Assembly (NCBI GenBank): GCA_003215935.1
Contig: QCJQ01000001.1
Location: 11,731-75,730 of the forward strand
Direction: 5' to 3'
DNA length: 64,000 nt
Source: Prochlorococcus sp. AG-409-D09
Lineage (GTDB): Bacteria > Cyanobacteriota > Cyanobacteriia > PCC-6307 > Cyanobiaceae
Part shown: positions 1 to 11,946 of the stretch, piece by piece
Layout of the letters: each line of letters begins with the position of its first letter
Position numbering within the stretch: the first letter of the stretch is position 1
Program-made: the position numbers and the translations under genes
The notes under the pieces: model-generated
Database searches by the model: none
Seen by the model: only the letters and a program-made list of their open reading frames with translations
Told to the model about the DNA's origin: nothing

Positions 1-492
1 CCCAAGATTAATCCCAATAACTGAAGGTCTATGTCCAGGTAAATTAATTTGTTGTTTGATTAAACTTTGTTTTAATTCGAATGCGCCATCATTATTGAAT
101 CCCATTCGGTTTAATGCGGCTTGCTCTGCGGCTAATCTGAAAAGTCTGGGTTTAGGGTTTCCTTCTTGAGGATGAAATGTAATTGTCCCAAGCTCTGAGA
201 ATCCAAAACCAAATTCATGCCATATACCTGCAGCAATGCCATCTTTATCGAAGCCTGCGGCAAGGCCTAAAGGATTTCTGAAATTACATTTAAAAAGTTT
301 TTGTTCTAATTTTGGATCCAATATATTTAGTTCTTTTGATATTGATTGCAGTGCAAATGAGATAATAGGTGTGTTTCTATGTAGTGAGCATTCTTCCAAA
401 ATCTTTAATGTGATTTTTGATAAAATCTCAGCATCTATACCTTTGTCCCTAGATAATATTGGACCTACAAAAAACTTGTATATATTTTTCAT
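1..492 (-). CDS. pyrD: Dihydroorotate dehydrogenase (class 2), N-terminal part; the gene runs off the window edge
   Basis: My reverse-strand translation from the ATG at 490-492 reads [22 protein letters not shown]...[15 protein letters not shown]...[21 protein letters not shown]...PSVIGINLG. These are typical PyrD motifs. The frame is open to position 1 (164 codons). Confidence 0.85.
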   Translation of the reverse strand, partial: MKNIYKFFVGPILSRDKGIDAEILSKITLKILEECSLHRNTPIISFALQSISKELNILDPKLEQKLFKCNFRNPLGLAAGFDKDGIAAGIWHEFGFGFSELGTITFHPQEGNPKPRLFRLAAEQAALNRMGFNNDGAFELKQSLIKQQINLPGHRPSVIGINLG

Positions 493-528
493 ATTGGTAA
501 TGTTTTTTTGTGAAGATTTCTCATGTAT

Positions 529-1287
529 TTAATTGTTTTTTATTTGATTATTATGTGTTTTTATTTTTAATTTCCATAATTCACTTGTGATTGGTTCTAT
601 TAACCATTGCCTCCATTCCCAGGTGTTACTTTTGGATTCAACTTCTTCAATAGGGTAATTAAGAAGTTCACTAATTTCCTTGCTAGTTAATCCATACCCT
701 TTTTCTGCAAATGCATTTATTATTTCAAGTCTAGAAAATAATTTTTTTATATTATGGGGCGATCTTTCTTTTAACTCATCTTTTTTTTCTAAGTTGGTTG
801 CATTTTGTCTTTTTGATAAATTTAATTCAGTCTCTTTGTTTTTTGAATATGCTACAGCTATTTTATCGACTCTTTCATTATCTTCATCGCCACTATGTCC
901 CTTTACATAAACGAGTTTTACTTCTTTAAGTTGGGACTTATCTAATTTTTTCCATAAATCTTGATTTAGAACTGCTTTCCCAGAAGCAGTTAACCATCCT
1001 TTCTTTTTCCAATTTACTATCCATTTTGATAAGCCATTTATTACATATTTGCTATCAGTTTTAATAATTATTTTTGGATGAAGCGACAATTCTTTTAGTC
1101 TTTCAAAAGCTTTTAAAGTTGCTTTAAGTTCCATTCGATTATTTGTTGTATTTGGTTCAAATCCTCCAAACTCTTCTACTTTTCCATTTTCGTATCGAAT
1201 TAAGACACCCCATCCTCCTGGACCAGGGTTACCGCTACAAGCTCCATCGCTAGCAGCACTTATTACTTGAAATTGATTACTTTGCAT
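529..1287 (-). CDS. rnhA: Ribonuclease HI with a C-terminal extension of about 100 aa
   Basis: 252-aa ORF. The N-terminal 150 aa carry the RNase H catalytic pattern (ASDGAC..., [22 protein letters not shown]). The remainder has no motif I recognise. Confidence 0.9.
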   Translation of the reverse strand: MQSNQFQVISAASDGACSGNPGPGGWGVLIRYENGKVEEFGGFEPNTTNNRMELKATLKAFERLKELSLHPKIIIKTDSKYVINGLSKWIVNWKKKGWLTASGKAVLNQDLWKKLDKSQLKEVKLVYVKGHSGDEDNERVDKIAVAYSKNKETELNLSKRQNATNLEKKDELKERSPHNIKKLFSRLEIINAFAEKGYGLTSKEISELLNYPIEEVESKSNTWEWRQWLIEPITSELWKLKIKTHNNQIKNN

Positions 1288-1289
1288 TT

Positions 1290-1328
1290 AAAAAAAATAG
1301 CCGGTCTTGTTGAGACCGGCTATTTTTT
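1290..1328 (-). terminator. Rho-independent terminator downstream of rplL (symmetric, could act in both directions)
   Basis: A 10-bp stem, TAGCCGGTCT/AGACCGGCTA (1298-1307 / 1313-1322), is flanked by an A8 run and a T6 run. Confidence 0.85.
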
Positions 1329-1358
1329 ATAGGAATTTCTTGCAAGATCTTTGGCAAA

Positions 1359-1754
1359 TTATTTCAAGGATACCTTGCCACCTACTGCTTCAATGGCCTT
1401 TTTAAGAGCCTCGGCATCATCTTTTGAAACTCCTTCTTTGATGGTTTTTGGAGCTGCTTCAACAAGGGATTTGGCCTCGCCTAGACCTAAACCTGTTGCA
1501 TTTCTAACTTCTTTAAGAACTTTGATTTTGGCTGAAGCATCAAAGCTTTCAAGCACAACATCAAATTCAGTTTTTTCTTCAGCAGTATCACCACCATCGC
1601 CGCCAGCGGCGGCTCCAGGTGCTGCCATTACTACACCTGCTGATGCGGCAGCAGAAACACCAAAAGCATCTTCAATCTGCTTGACGAGCTCTGAAGCTTC
1701 AAGAAGAGAAAGACTTTTTAGCGATTCCAGGATTTCGTCGGTTTTTGCAGACAT
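1359..1754 (-). CDS. rplL: 50S ribosomal protein L7/L12
   Basis: 131 aa. [33 protein letters not shown], an Ala/Gly-rich hinge, then ...[22 protein letters not shown]. Confidence 0.97.
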   Translation of the reverse strand: MSAKTDEILESLKSLSLLEASELVKQIEDAFGVSAAASAGVVMAAPGAAAGGDGGDTAEEKTEFDVVLESFDASAKIKVLKEVRNATGLGLGEAKSLVEAAPKTIKEGVSKDDAEALKKAIEAVGGKVSLK

Positions 1755-1810
1755 GATTGGAATTCAGCAACTAAATAAGGAGAAAACGTTAGTTCGAAGG
1801 AAATAAAAGA

Positions 1811-2338
1811 TCAGCTTTCGCCGCTTTCGGAATGCTGCTTAAGAGATCGTGCTAATCCAGAAGGAACTTCATTGATACCAACTGCAACTTTTGTTGCTAT
1901 TGCATTTACTGCACCAGCAATTTGTGCAATAAGCACTTCCTTGCTTGGGAGACTTGCAATGGCTTTCAATTCATCTTGAGACAAAAGGTTGCCTTCATAA
2001 AGGCCTCCTTTTGTCTCAGATTTTTGTGTTTCTTTTTGGAAAGCTTGGATAGCTTTAACAGCTCCACCCACATCACCCTTTATAAGAACGAATGCGTTTG
2101 TTCCTGTAAGCAATGGTCCAAGATCGGCCCAGGCATCTTTTCCATCAATTGCTTGGCGCATTAAGGTGTTTTTAGCAACCTTGCATACGCCATTGCTTGC
2201 CTGAAGGCGATTTCGCAGGTCAGACATTTCTTTGATGGATAAGCCCTTGTAATCAAGAACTAATGCCATTTCAGCTTCGTCTAGAAGTCCTTTAAGTACT
2301 TCGACTATTTGTTTTTTGCTCTCCAGCGTGCGGCCCAT
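1811..2338 (-). CDS. rplJ: 50S ribosomal protein L10
   Basis: The ORF is open from 2374. L10 proteins start MGRTLE(N/S)KK, which matches the internal ATG at 2336-2338. Confidence 0.93.
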   Translation of the reverse strand: MGRTLESKKQIVEVLKGLLDEAEMALVLDYKGLSIKEMSDLRNRLQASNGVCKVAKNTLMRQAIDGKDAWADLGPLLTGTNAFVLIKGDVGGAVKAIQAFQKETQKSETKGGLYEGNLLSQDELKAIASLPSKEVLIAQIAGAVNAIATKVAVGINEVPSGLARSLKQHSESGES

Positions 2339-2557
2339 AATAATTGGATCGAATCGGGGGAAGAAGCAGGACATGCAGCCAGAATTCTCACTTATGGAGA
2401 CGAGGCTGCAGTCGATTCAATCAATTGAAGAAAAAACCTTTGCTTGTGCCTCGGCAGGACTTACAAAGAACTGATTAAAAGCTCTTTACCTACTGTCTTG
2501 GGCTGGGCGCATGCCCATATAGGCATATATGCCAGAGTTAACGATACATCAACAAGG
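2339..2557 (-). promoter_or_regulatory. Long untranslated leader between rplA and rplJ; candidate L10/L12 autoregulatory leader
   Basis: A 219-nt non-coding gap inside an otherwise tight ribosomal-protein cluster. It is relatively GC-rich compared with other spacers. The call rests on position only; I did not fold it. Confidence 0.35.
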
Positions 2558-3265
2558 TCATTTTTCTTGTTGTATTTCTTGTAATTCTGAGATATTTACT
2601 TGTACAGATGGCCCCATAGTTGAGGTTAAAAACATACTTTTCCAGTACTTGCCCTTTGCCCCACTTGGTTTATTTCGATCAATAGTTTCTTGTAATACTT
2701 TTAGATTTTCTAATAATGCATCAGCTGAAAAACTGGCTTTTCCAAAACGCACATGAACAATTCCTGCTTTATCTGCTCGAAACTCTAATTTGCCAGCTTT
2801 AAATTCTTTTATTGCGTTGCCAAGTTCAGTGGTAACTGTGCCTGCTTTGGGATTTGGCATTAGACCTCTTGGCCCTAGGACTCGTCCAAGCTTGGCAACT
2901 TTTGGCATCATGTCGGGCGTTGCAATTAATAAATCAAAATCCATTTCTCCTTTACTTATTTGGTCTACTAGTTCTTCTTCTCCTGCTAAATCAGCTCCTG
3001 AAGATTTAGCTTCAGCAACTTTTTCACCCCTAGCAATTACAGCTATACGAACTTCTTGGCCAGTCCCTTGAGGAAGTGCAACTGTAGTGCGGAGTTGTTG
3101 ATCAGTGTATTTAGGGTCAATACCTAATCTGATATGGGCTTCAATCGTTTCATCAAATTTTGCTGTTGCAGTTTCCTTTACTAGTTTGAGTGCTTCGATT
3201 GGAGAATATGGCCTATCCTCGACTTTTGAGGAAAGTTCTGCCATTCGTTTAGAAAGTTTTTTCAT
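2558..3265 (-). CDS. rplA: 50S ribosomal protein L1
   Basis: 235 aa. [11 protein letters not shown]...[23 protein letters not shown]...[15 protein letters not shown]. Confidence 0.97.
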   Translation of the reverse strand: MKKLSKRMAELSSKVEDRPYSPIEALKLVKETATAKFDETIEAHIRLGIDPKYTDQQLRTTVALPQGTGQEVRIAVIARGEKVAEAKSSGADLAGEEELVDQISKGEMDFDLLIATPDMMPKVAKLGRVLGPRGLMPNPKAGTVTTELGNAIKEFKAGKLEFRADKAGIVHVRFGKASFSADALLENLKVLQETIDRNKPSGAKGKYWKSMFLTSTMGPSVQVNISELQEIQQEK

Positions 3266-3367
3266 AAGTAAAAGGGGTTATAACGACAATGAATGTCTCC
3301 CCCGAAATTTGAGTGAATAGATTGTAAAGCTTTTAAGGAAGAAGGAATTTTAATCAAATTTAGATTT

Positions 3368-3793
3368 TTAATCTTTTATTGAAATACCCATGTTGCGAGC
3401 AGTTCCTTCTATTACCTTCATCGCAGATTCAATATTAGAACAGTTGAGATCCGGAAGTTTAGTTTTGGCTATTTCTTCTAATTGAGTTTTTGTAATATTA
3501 CCAACTTGTCCTTTTGCTGACTCCCCAGAACCTTTTTCAATTCCAGCAGCTTTAGTAATTAGCACTGAGGCCGGAGGAGTTTTGGTTATAAATGTAAAGC
3601 TTCGATCTTCAAAAACCGAAATTTCTACAGGGATTACAAAACCAGCTTTGTCTTGAGTCCTGGCATTGTATTCCTTACAAAATGCCATGATATTTACCCC
3701 ATGTTGACCTAATGCAGGACCAACAGGAGGGGCTGGATTTGCTTTGCCGGCTTGGAGAGCCAACTTGATCACAGCTAAAACTTTCTTTGCCAT
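3368..3793 (-). CDS. rplK: 50S ribosomal protein L11
   Basis: 141 aa. [44 protein letters not shown]. Confidence 0.97.
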   Translation of the reverse strand: MAKKVLAVIKLALQAGKANPAPPVGPALGQHGVNIMAFCKEYNARTQDKAGFVIPVEISVFEDRSFTFITKTPPASVLITKAAGIEKGSGESAKGQVGNITKTQLEEIAKTKLPDLNCSNIESAMKVIEGTARNMGISIKD

Positions 3794-3906
3794 CGTCGAG
3801 TGAAATTGAACTAATATGGAATGCCTGAATAATTAGTCAGACAATTTGAGCTTTTGGCAAACCTAACTCCTAGAACACCCCAAATTGGTAGAAAAGCCAA
3901 TCTAGA

Positions 3907-4578
3907 TTAGTTTTGTTTGTTGATTTGAGAAAATTCGAGCTCAACAGGAGTTTCTCTTCCGAAAATTGATAATAATGCCTTGAGTTTGCTTCTTTCTCCA
4001 GAAACTTCAATTACTTCACCTTGGAAATCTTTGAAAGGACCTGAGGTTACAACTATTTGATCTCCTTCTTCTAATTCAATTTTTACAACTGTTTTTTTCT
4101 CTGCCGCACGTTTGAAAATCCTATTTACTTCTTGCCTGCTCAGAGGACGAGGTTTTATATGACCTCTAGATTTTCCAGTTGCTCTTCTATCCTCTGCTCC
4201 AACAAAATTAATAACATTAGGAGTACTCCTAACTGCCATCATGGTGTCTTCATCAAGGATCATTCTTACCAATACATACCCAGGAAAAACTTTTTCTTCT
4301 GTAGTTTGTCTACTTCCATCTTTTTTTAATTTAACTCCAGGAGTTTGGGGTATTTCGATTTCAAGAATTCTGTCACTTACACCAAGAGTAATAGCTCTTT
4401 GCTCTAATGTTGCTTTTACTTTTTTTTCGCAGCTAGAAGCAACCTGAATGGCATACCATCTTGCAACATTTGTTTTGGCTGTTGAGATAGATGATGGTGC
4501 TTTATTAACTGCCTTTATAGGTTCAGGCAGAGGAAAAACTTCTGAAAGCTCTGTTTTCGAAGACTCAATCTCGGACAC
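3907..4578 (-). CDS. nusG: Transcription termination/antitermination factor NusG; start uncertain
   Basis: NGN domain (ARWYAIQVASSCEKKV) and KOW domain (GDQIVVTSGPFKDFQGEVIEV). The ORF is open to a TTG at 4659, but that start overlaps secE by 32 nt. The in-frame GTG at 4576-4578 lies 50 nt downstream of the secE stop and is my preferred start. Confidence 0.88.
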   Translation of the reverse strand: MSEIESSKTELSEVFPLPEPIKAVNKAPSSISTAKTNVARWYAIQVASSCEKKVKATLEQRAITLGVSDRILEIEIPQTPGVKLKKDGSRQTTEEKVFPGYVLVRMILDEDTMMAVRSTPNVINFVGAEDRRATGKSRGHIKPRPLSRQEVNRIFKRAAEKKTVVKIELEEGDQIVVTSGPFKDFQGEVIEVSGERSKLKALLSIFGRETPVELEFSQINKQN

Positions 4579-4627
4579 TTTTTTAGAAATGGAGGTAGAC
4601 GGGTTTAAAACAAAAATGAGAGGTATA

Positions 4628-4870
4628 TCAGCCGAATATTTCAGATGCAGCCCAGCCAAAAAAACGACTTACAGCTGCAATTGCAGCTGCAGATAAAGTA
4701 ACCATAAGTATTACGGCTATTGATTCGCTAAAAAGTTGCTGGCGGGATGGCCATACGACTAGTTTTAACTCTTCCAAAGTTGAGGCAATAAACCCTTTTT
4801 TAATAGAAGGGCTTTTCTCATCAATATTGGAATCTGTGTCTTTGGTCTCGTTAGATGTTGAGCTGTTCAC
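4628..4870 (-). CDS. secE: Preprotein translocase subunit SecE
   Basis: 80 aa with a single C-terminal TM segment (...LKLVVWPSRQQLFSESIAVILMVTLSAAAIAAV...). It sits in the conserved position upstream of nusG. Confidence 0.85.
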   Translation of the reverse strand: MNSSTSNETKDTDSNIDEKSPSIKKGFIASTLEELKLVVWPSRQQLFSESIAVILMVTLSAAAIAAVSRFFGWAASEIFG

Positions 4871-4939
4871 TTGGTTAAGGCAAGTAAAACTACTGCGAAT
4901 GCAGAAGAACCAAAAACAGATTAACTGATGCTTGATTAA

Positions 4940-7702
4940 TTAGGTTTCTAATTCAAAAATTAGTGATCCAGAATTTTCATTAGAAGGTGATATTTTAACT
5001 GATTTTGCATTTTGGTATTTTTCTTCTAATAAATGGGTAGCGAGAGGGTTTTCAAGTCTTCTGCGTAGAACTCTTCTTAATGGTCTAGCTCCATATTCAG
5101 GCTCATATCCTTCTAATGCAAGTATTTCTATGGTCTTGCTATCAACACTTAATTTTATGTTTTGTTGAGAAAGTAAGCTTTCTAAATCAACTAATTGAAG
5201 ATTCACAATTTGTTTAAGATCATTTGTTGTCAGAGGCAGGAATTTTATTATTTCGTCAATTCTATTGAGAAACTCAGGTCTAAAATGTTTTGCTAATGCT
5301 TGATCAATTTCATTATTTAATTCCTTATTTAAAAATTTTTCATCGTTATTTTCTTCTGTAAGAGACTTGGCATTTTTCAATATTGCCCTGCTTGCAAGAT
5401 TGCTAGTCATAACAATAACCGTATTACGGAAATCGACTGTTCGAGATTGTGAATCTGTAAGTCTGCCCTCATCTAGAACTTGTAACAAGATATTAAACAC
5501 TTCAGGATGAGCTTTTTCTATTTCATCTAATAGCAAAACAGCATATGGTCTTCTTCTGACTGCTTCAGTTAATTGTCCACCTTCTTCGTATCCCACATAT
5601 CCAGGAGGGGCACCTAAAAGGCGAGCTACGCCATTTCTTTCCATAAATTCACTCATGTCTAGACGAATTAAGGCTTCTTCTTCATCGAATAGTGATCCTG
5701 CCAATGTTTTTGCTAGTTCTGTTTTTCCAACTCCTGTGGGCCCTAAGAAGAGGAATGACCCAATTGGTCTCCTTGTGTCTTGCATGCCTGCTCTAGCTCT
5801 TCGTATAGCAGCAGCAACTGCTTTTACTGCTTCATATTGCCCAATAACTTTTTTGCCTAAATCATTCTCAAGATCTAATAATTTTTGTCTTTCACCAGCT
5901 AAAACTTTTTTAACAGGTATTCCTGTCCATCTTGCAACGACATCAGCAATATCTTCGGCTTGGACTTGATCTCTTAATAAGGAATTCCCAGATGAATTTG
6001 ATTCTAAAATAGATTCTTCTATTTCTTCTTTTTTTAGTTGAAGATTATGTAGGTGCTCATATTCAAGTCTTGCTGCTTCTTCTCTTTCGCCAGTGCGCTC
6101 TGCTTCGAGAATTGCATTCCTAATGGTTTCATCTTTTTGCAGAATATTTTTAAGTTCTTGACGTCTTGCAAGTTCTTTTTGCCAATTGAAGTTCAATTCA
6201 TCTAGTTTATTTGATAAAAAATATTTTTTCTCTTTAATACTTTCTATCTCGTCTATTGATTGCTTATCTTCAGCTTCAATAAATAAAAGTTCTAATTCTC
6301 TGAGTTCATTTTCTGATTCTTCAATGATTTTTGGTTTAGAGCTTGTTTCAATTTTTAGTTGAGCTGAAGCTTCATCTATTAAATCTATTGCTTTATCTGG
6401 AAGGCAGCGATCACTGATATATCTATCTGCTAATCGATTAGCAGTTATCAAAGCCTCTTCAGAAATTGATACACCATGATGAATTTCATATTTTTCTTTA
6501 ACTCCTTTAAGTATTTCTAAACTCGCATCTAAAGTAGGTTCTTTAATGACAACTTGCTGAAACCTTCTATCTAGAGCAGGATCTTTTTCAATAGTACGAC
6601 GGTAACTTTCAGGAGTGGTTGTGCCAATACAACGTATTTCTCCACTAGCTAAAATAGGTTTTAACAAGCTCCCAGCATCTGCACTTGAGCGATCTGTATT
6701 TACTACTGTGTGTAATTCGTCAATAAATAATATTATCCCTGATTGAGGATCACTGATTTCTGAAAGAACAGATCTCAAGCGCTCTTCGAATTGACCTCTA
6801 AATTTTGCCCCAGCAATTAAGGCACCTATATCTAGTGAGATAAGTCTGTGATTTTTTAGTGAATCTGGAACTTCATTTTTAATTATCTTTTGCGCTAGTA
6901 ACTCTGCAATTGCTGTTTTACCAACTCCAGGAGAGCCTATAAGGACTGGATTATTTTTACTTCTTCTGCATAACACTTTAATGATATTTTGAATCTCATG
7001 ATCTCTTCCGATGACTGGGTCTAACCTCCCATTCTCTGCTGCTAACGTTAAATCTCTCCCATAGGCTTCAATCGCTTTTGGTTCTTCTTCCAAATTAAGA
7101 TTTTTGGATTCGGTGCTTGAATCCTTTACATGTTTTTTTTGCAAATCATTTATTTTTAATTGATTATTATTGATTTTTAATTGACTGTTATTTTTACTGT
7201 TACTATCTATTTTAATTGTTTTTGCTTGCTTCTTATTTTGGGAGTTATTGAAGGATTGTGGAACAGGTAATTTGTTTAATTGAGATTCAAGTAGATCACT
7301 TGGAATTCCAGCTAAATTAAATATTTTTTCTCCAATTCTTTTATCTCTACCGATTGCAATAAGCATATGCGATATTTCAATCAGTCTAGAGCCCCATCGG
7401 GCACGAAAATTATCTGCAGTTTCAAGTAATTCCTCTAAGTCTTCGCCGACAAAAAGATTTTCTTTATTTGAAACTGGAAGTTCTGCAAGAAAATCTTCTA
7501 GTTCTGTAAGTAAATCATCCAAATAAATTGGGAGTGCCTCAATAAATCTTGAATATGCTTGGCTGCTAAAAAGAACCTGGATTATATGCTCAACATCAAA
7601 ATATTCATGCCTCCATCTCATAGCAGCATTCTCACCATCCAGTAACAGTTGCCAGGCTTCATCGCTGAAGAGATCAGGATCAGTTGTAAGGCTTCTTGTC
7701 AT
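4940..7702 (-). CDS. clpB: ClpB-type AAA+ disaggregase (two NBDs, coiled-coil middle domain) with an expanded N-domain/NBD1 linker
   Basis: 920 aa. NBD1 has Walker [13 protein letters not shown] and Walker [12 protein letters not shown]2 has Walker [13 protein letters not shown] and Walker [13 protein letters not shown] long coiled-coil segment lies between them. Confidence 0.93.
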   Translation of the reverse strand: MTRSLTTDPDLFSDEAWQLLLDGENAAMRWRHEYFDVEHIIQVLFSSQAYSRFIEALPIYLDDLLTELEDFLAELPVSNKENLFVGEDLEELLETADNFRARWGSRLIEISHMLIAIGRDKRIGEKIFNLAGIPSDLLESQLNKLPVPQSFNNSQNKKQAKTIKIDSNSKNNSQLKINNNQLKINDLQKKHVKDSSTESKNLNLEEEPKAIEAYGRDLTLAAENGRLDPVIGRDHEIQNIIKVLCRRSKNNPVLIGSPGVGKTAIAELLAQKIIKNEVPDSLKNHRLISLDIGALIAGAKFRGQFEERLRSVLSEISDPQSGIILFIDELHTVVNTDRSSADAGSLLKPILASGEIRCIGTTTPESYRRTIEKDPALDRRFQQVVIKEPTLDASLEILKGVKEKYEIHHGVSISEEALITANRLADRYISDRCLPDKAIDLIDEASAQLKIETSSKPKIIEESENELRELELLFIEAEDKQSIDEIESIKEKKYFLSNKLDELNFNWQKELARRQELKNILQKDETIRNAILEAERTGEREEAARLEYEHLHNLQLKKEEIEESILESNSSGNSLLRDQVQAEDIADVVARWTGIPVKKVLAGERQKLLDLENDLGKKVIGQYEAVKAVAAAIRRARAGMQDTRRPIGSFLFLGPTGVGKTELAKTLAGSLFDEEEALIRLDMSEFMERNGVARLLGAPPGYVGYEEGGQLTEAVRRRPYAVLLLDEIEKAHPEVFNILLQVLDEGRLTDSQSRTVDFRNTVIVMTSNLASRAILKNAKSLTEENNDEKFLNKELNNEIDQALAKHFRPEFLNRIDEIIKFLPLTTNDLKQIVNLQLVDLESLLSQQNIKLSVDSKTIEILALEGYEPEYGARPLRRVLRRRLENPLATHLLEEKYQNAKSVKISPSNENSGSLIFELET

Positions 7703-7882
7703 GAATTTTTCATTCGAGGTTAAAGGCTTTGATTTTTATTACTTGATGTTTGATTCCTCAGATGTATTTATTTATTGTGCTATTTGATGGAAATTTTTAA
7801 AAGGTTTTGAAAATAACAAACTGCTAAACAACACAGAGGAAGCCATAGGCATATTGTGGAACATAAGATCTAATCACATTAA

Positions 7883-9187
<1,305 letters not shown>

Positions 9188-9207
9188 TTAAGGATTTACA
9201 AACAAAA

Positions 9208-10872
9208 TTATCTATTAGAAATCTTTTCTATTCTTGCTTCTTGCCTCATTTTTATTTGAATTTTAATCCAACTTAATCCTAGAGGGCACGCAAATATAAT
9301 TGGGAAGATTGAAAAAAGAGGTTTGTTAGTTGCGGCTAAAATAGCTGAACTAATACCAAGACAACCAAGAAGGATAGATTGTCCCATTGCTTGCTGAGCG
9401 TTAATCATTCTTCTTAATTGTCTATCTGATTCCCCCATTCTTATTTGAAGTTGCAAATCTCCTTGCTCTAATCTTTCTAGGCTTTCATCAAGTCTTCGTG
9501 GTATTCCAACAGCTCGACTGCCGATTTCTCCAACTTGGCGACCAATTTCATTAATTAATTCATTTGGATTTGAATTATTTGAAGACATAATTGGAGAAAG
9601 GTATGGTTTTGCTATAGAGATTAGATTAAAGCTTGGGTCAAGTTTTCTCCCTACACCTTCAAATGTAGAGAGTGCACGTATTACAAAAATTAATTCAACT
9701 GGAACTCTAAAGGGCTTGCCGTATACAAGATCGTATATATCACCGGATAATTTCTCAATTATATTTGAGCTAAAAGGCGGAGTTAAAGCTTCTTTTAGCA
9801 TCACTCTGATTAACCTTCTAACCGGACCAATTTCGGCATTTAAAGAAAGTAAGCCTGCACTCTGAAACTCTTTAACTAATCCTGCAGCATTACCTAGTGC
9901 TGCCATTTTAATCATTGAACTTATTCTTTCCCTAATTCTTGGTGAAATTAAACCCATCATCCCAAAATCGTAGTAAATAAGTTTTCCATGCTTTGACACA
10001 GCTAGGTTCCCTGGATGAGGATCTGCATGAAAGAAACCATATTCAACAAGTTGTTTTACATAATTATCTGCTCCTATTTGAGCAATAGAGGTAGGATCTA
10101 TACCTTCTTTTTTTAAGGCAATAGGATCATTAATTTTGATTCCTGGTAAGTAGTCGAGGCAAAGAACTCTTTTTGAACTAAATCCCCAAATAACTTGAGG
10201 AACTAAAACATTTTTATCGTCTAGAAATTGTTGACGAAATCTCGCCGCATATTGAGCTTCGATACGAAAATCTAGTTCCCTTAACAATACTCTTTTACAT
10301 TCTTTTGCAATACCTATCCAGTCTCTACCTCTACTCCATGTGGGATGTTTTTGAACTACTTTTGCTACTTGTTGCATAACATCTAAATCCAGTCTGAAAA
10401 TTTCTTCAAGTCCTGGACGTTGTACTTTGAAAACCACTTCTCGCCCATTAATTAAAGTTGCTTTATGAACTTGAGCTAGAGAAGCCGCACCTAGAGGCTC
10501 TTTTTCAATAGAAATAATTTCTTTGCACTTACCTTTGATTTGATTTTTGAGAATTTTTTGAACATTATCGAAATGAAAAGGAGGAACCTTATCTTGTAAT
10601 TCAGAAAGCTTTAGAACCCACTCTGCAGGTAAAATATCTGGACGAGCCGATAAAAGTTGGCCAAGTTTTATAAATGCAGAACCAAGATTAATTAGTTGAT
10701 TGGTAATCCATTTTGCACGTAAATGTTGTCGGTAAATTCTTTTTGACTTTGAATATCCATTGATATATGTCCATACTCTTGAATCCCACCATAAAAAGAA
10801 GATTAGACTTATTAATGTATACCAAATGCGTAATACTCTTTTTGCTTTTTTCAGACTATTGAATGAAAACAT
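9208..10872 (-). CDS. ABC1/UbiB-family atypical protein kinase with C-terminal TM segments
   Basis: 554 aa. GAASLAQVHKA, FHADPHPGNL and YYDFGMMG motifs are characteristic of the ABC1/ADCK family. Confidence 0.88.
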   Translation of the reverse strand: MFSFNSLKKAKRVLRIWYTLISLIFFLWWDSRVWTYINGYSKSKRIYRQHLRAKWITNQLINLGSAFIKLGQLLSARPDILPAEWVLKLSELQDKVPPFHFDNVQKILKNQIKGKCKEIISIEKEPLGAASLAQVHKATLINGREVVFKVQRPGLEEIFRLDLDVMQQVAKVVQKHPTWSRGRDWIGIAKECKRVLLRELDFRIEAQYAARFRQQFLDDKNVLVPQVIWGFSSKRVLCLDYLPGIKINDPIALKKEGIDPTSIAQIGADNYVKQLVEYGFFHADPHPGNLAVSKHGKLIYYDFGMMGLISPRIRERISSMIKMAALGNAAGLVKEFQSAGLLSLNAEIGPVRRLIRVMLKEALTPPFSSNIIEKLSGDIYDLVYGKPFRVPVELIFVIRALSTFEGVGRKLDPSFNLISIAKPYLSPIMSSNNSNPNELINEIGRQVGEIGSRAVGIPRRLDESLERLEQGDLQLQIRMGESDRQLRRMINAQQAMGQSILLGCLGISSAILAATNKPLFSIFPIIFACPLGLSWIKIQIKMRQEARIEKISNR

Positions 10873-11180
10873 TAATTTATATCCTCTAAATTTCTACTTA
10901 AAGTTATTAGCTTTGTGCGAATTTGATTGATTTGTATTTTTGTATTTATTTCTGATGAACTTTTTTTTGGATTATCTTGTCCTTTCTCATTTTCATCTTG
11001 TTGCATTCTTTCAGCTTCTTCAATGATTTCGTTTTTTAAAAGGTCTAATTCTTTTTTTAGACGATCAGGAGCTTTTTTGAAGAAAACAGATGCTTCATTT
11101 GCCTTTTTGACGACATTTTTTTCGAGGCGAGCTGTCAATCGATTCATGGTCGCCTTTAGTAAGTTTTCAGAATTGAGCAA
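10872..11180 (-). CDS. Hypothetical charged coiled-coil protein; its stop overlaps the ABC1 kinase start (TAATG)
   Basis: 102-aa ORF, K/E-rich, with no recognisable motif. The 1-nt overlap with the downstream kinase gene suggests translational coupling. Confidence 0.55.
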   Translation of the reverse strand: MLNSENLLKATMNRLTARLEKNVVKKANEASVFFKKAPDRLKKELDLLKNEIIEEAERMQQDENEKGQDNPKKSSSEINTKIQINQIRTKLITLSRNLEDIN

Positions 11181-11219
11181 AAGTTATTTGACAAATTTCT
11201 ATTTTATAAGGTTATCTTT

Positions 11220-11696
11220 TTAAAATGCGATCGGTAGGCGTCGGAAAAGGTCATCAATATTATGATTCTTAAAAAAGTCTTTACTATCTTTAGGTATTTT
11301 TACTTCATTAATGGGTTTGTTCTGGTTTGATGTGAGGTTTCTTTTTTTATTAGTTGATGGTTTTTCTTTGATTGAACTAACGTTTCTTTCTGCAGTAGAC
11401 GGAGATGTTTTGTTTGCATCGATATTGTGAGCCCTTTTGCGTTGAATTTGATCAAATTTATTTATTTCCTTTTTTGGGGAGGGGAAAGTTGCATTATTTG
11501 GTGAAGGTTTTAGTTCTTCTGAAATTTTATTTTGATTGTTTTTTTTATTCTCAACGTTCTTATGTGTGTTTTGTGAGACTATTTTGTTGGTTAGGAGTTT
11601 TTTGGTAATGGTGTATCCGCTGGATAAAAGAACCCCGATTAAAAAAGGAGTAATCCATAATTGAGAGATTTTTTGAAATTCTTGTTTTTTCTTCAT
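11220..11696 (-). CDS. Hypothetical protein with an N-terminal TM anchor and a low-complexity N/K/S-rich tail
   Basis: 158-aa ORF. The hydrophobic segment LWITPFLIGVLLSSGYTI is followed by basic, low-complexity sequence. Confidence 0.5.
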   Translation of the reverse strand: MKKKQEFQKISQLWITPFLIGVLLSSGYTITKKLLTNKIVSQNTHKNVENKKNNQNKISEELKPSPNNATFPSPKKEINKFDQIQRKRAHNIDANKTSPSTAERNVSSIKEKPSTNKKRNLTSNQNKPINEVKIPKDSKDFFKNHNIDDLFRRLPIAF

Positions 11697-11946
11697 TTTT
11701 GTTCTCCTATTGAAATTTTAATTTTCTTAAGTAATTGCTTCATTAATTCGGAATTCCTATTTATTTCTTGAGTCAATCTATTTAAACCTTCTCGTATCAT
11801 TAGAAAATTGTCGCGATTTTAACTAGAGTTGTATATGAAGGACAAGATCTGCAGTATCAGCATAATGATTTTTTCTTATGCTAGAACAAACAATTATGTA
11901 AGATCCATTTCCTCGAAAGAAAAAACTTTATAGGAGAAACAATTCC

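Noticed and set aside
236-532. 98-aa plus-strand ORF
   Set aside because: It is antisense to the clearly recognisable pyrD N-terminus.
1351-1806. 151-aa plus-strand ORF, Ala/Ser/Pro-rich
   Set aside because: It lies exactly antisense to rplL. Its composition is the mirror image of the Ala/Gly/Glu-rich L7/L12 coding sequence. It is a shadow ORF.
7141-7260. AT-rich short repeats that could be mistaken for a repeat array
   Set aside because: They lie inside the clpB reading frame and encode its low-complexity linker. There is no repeat-spacer periodicity, so this is not a CRISPR array.
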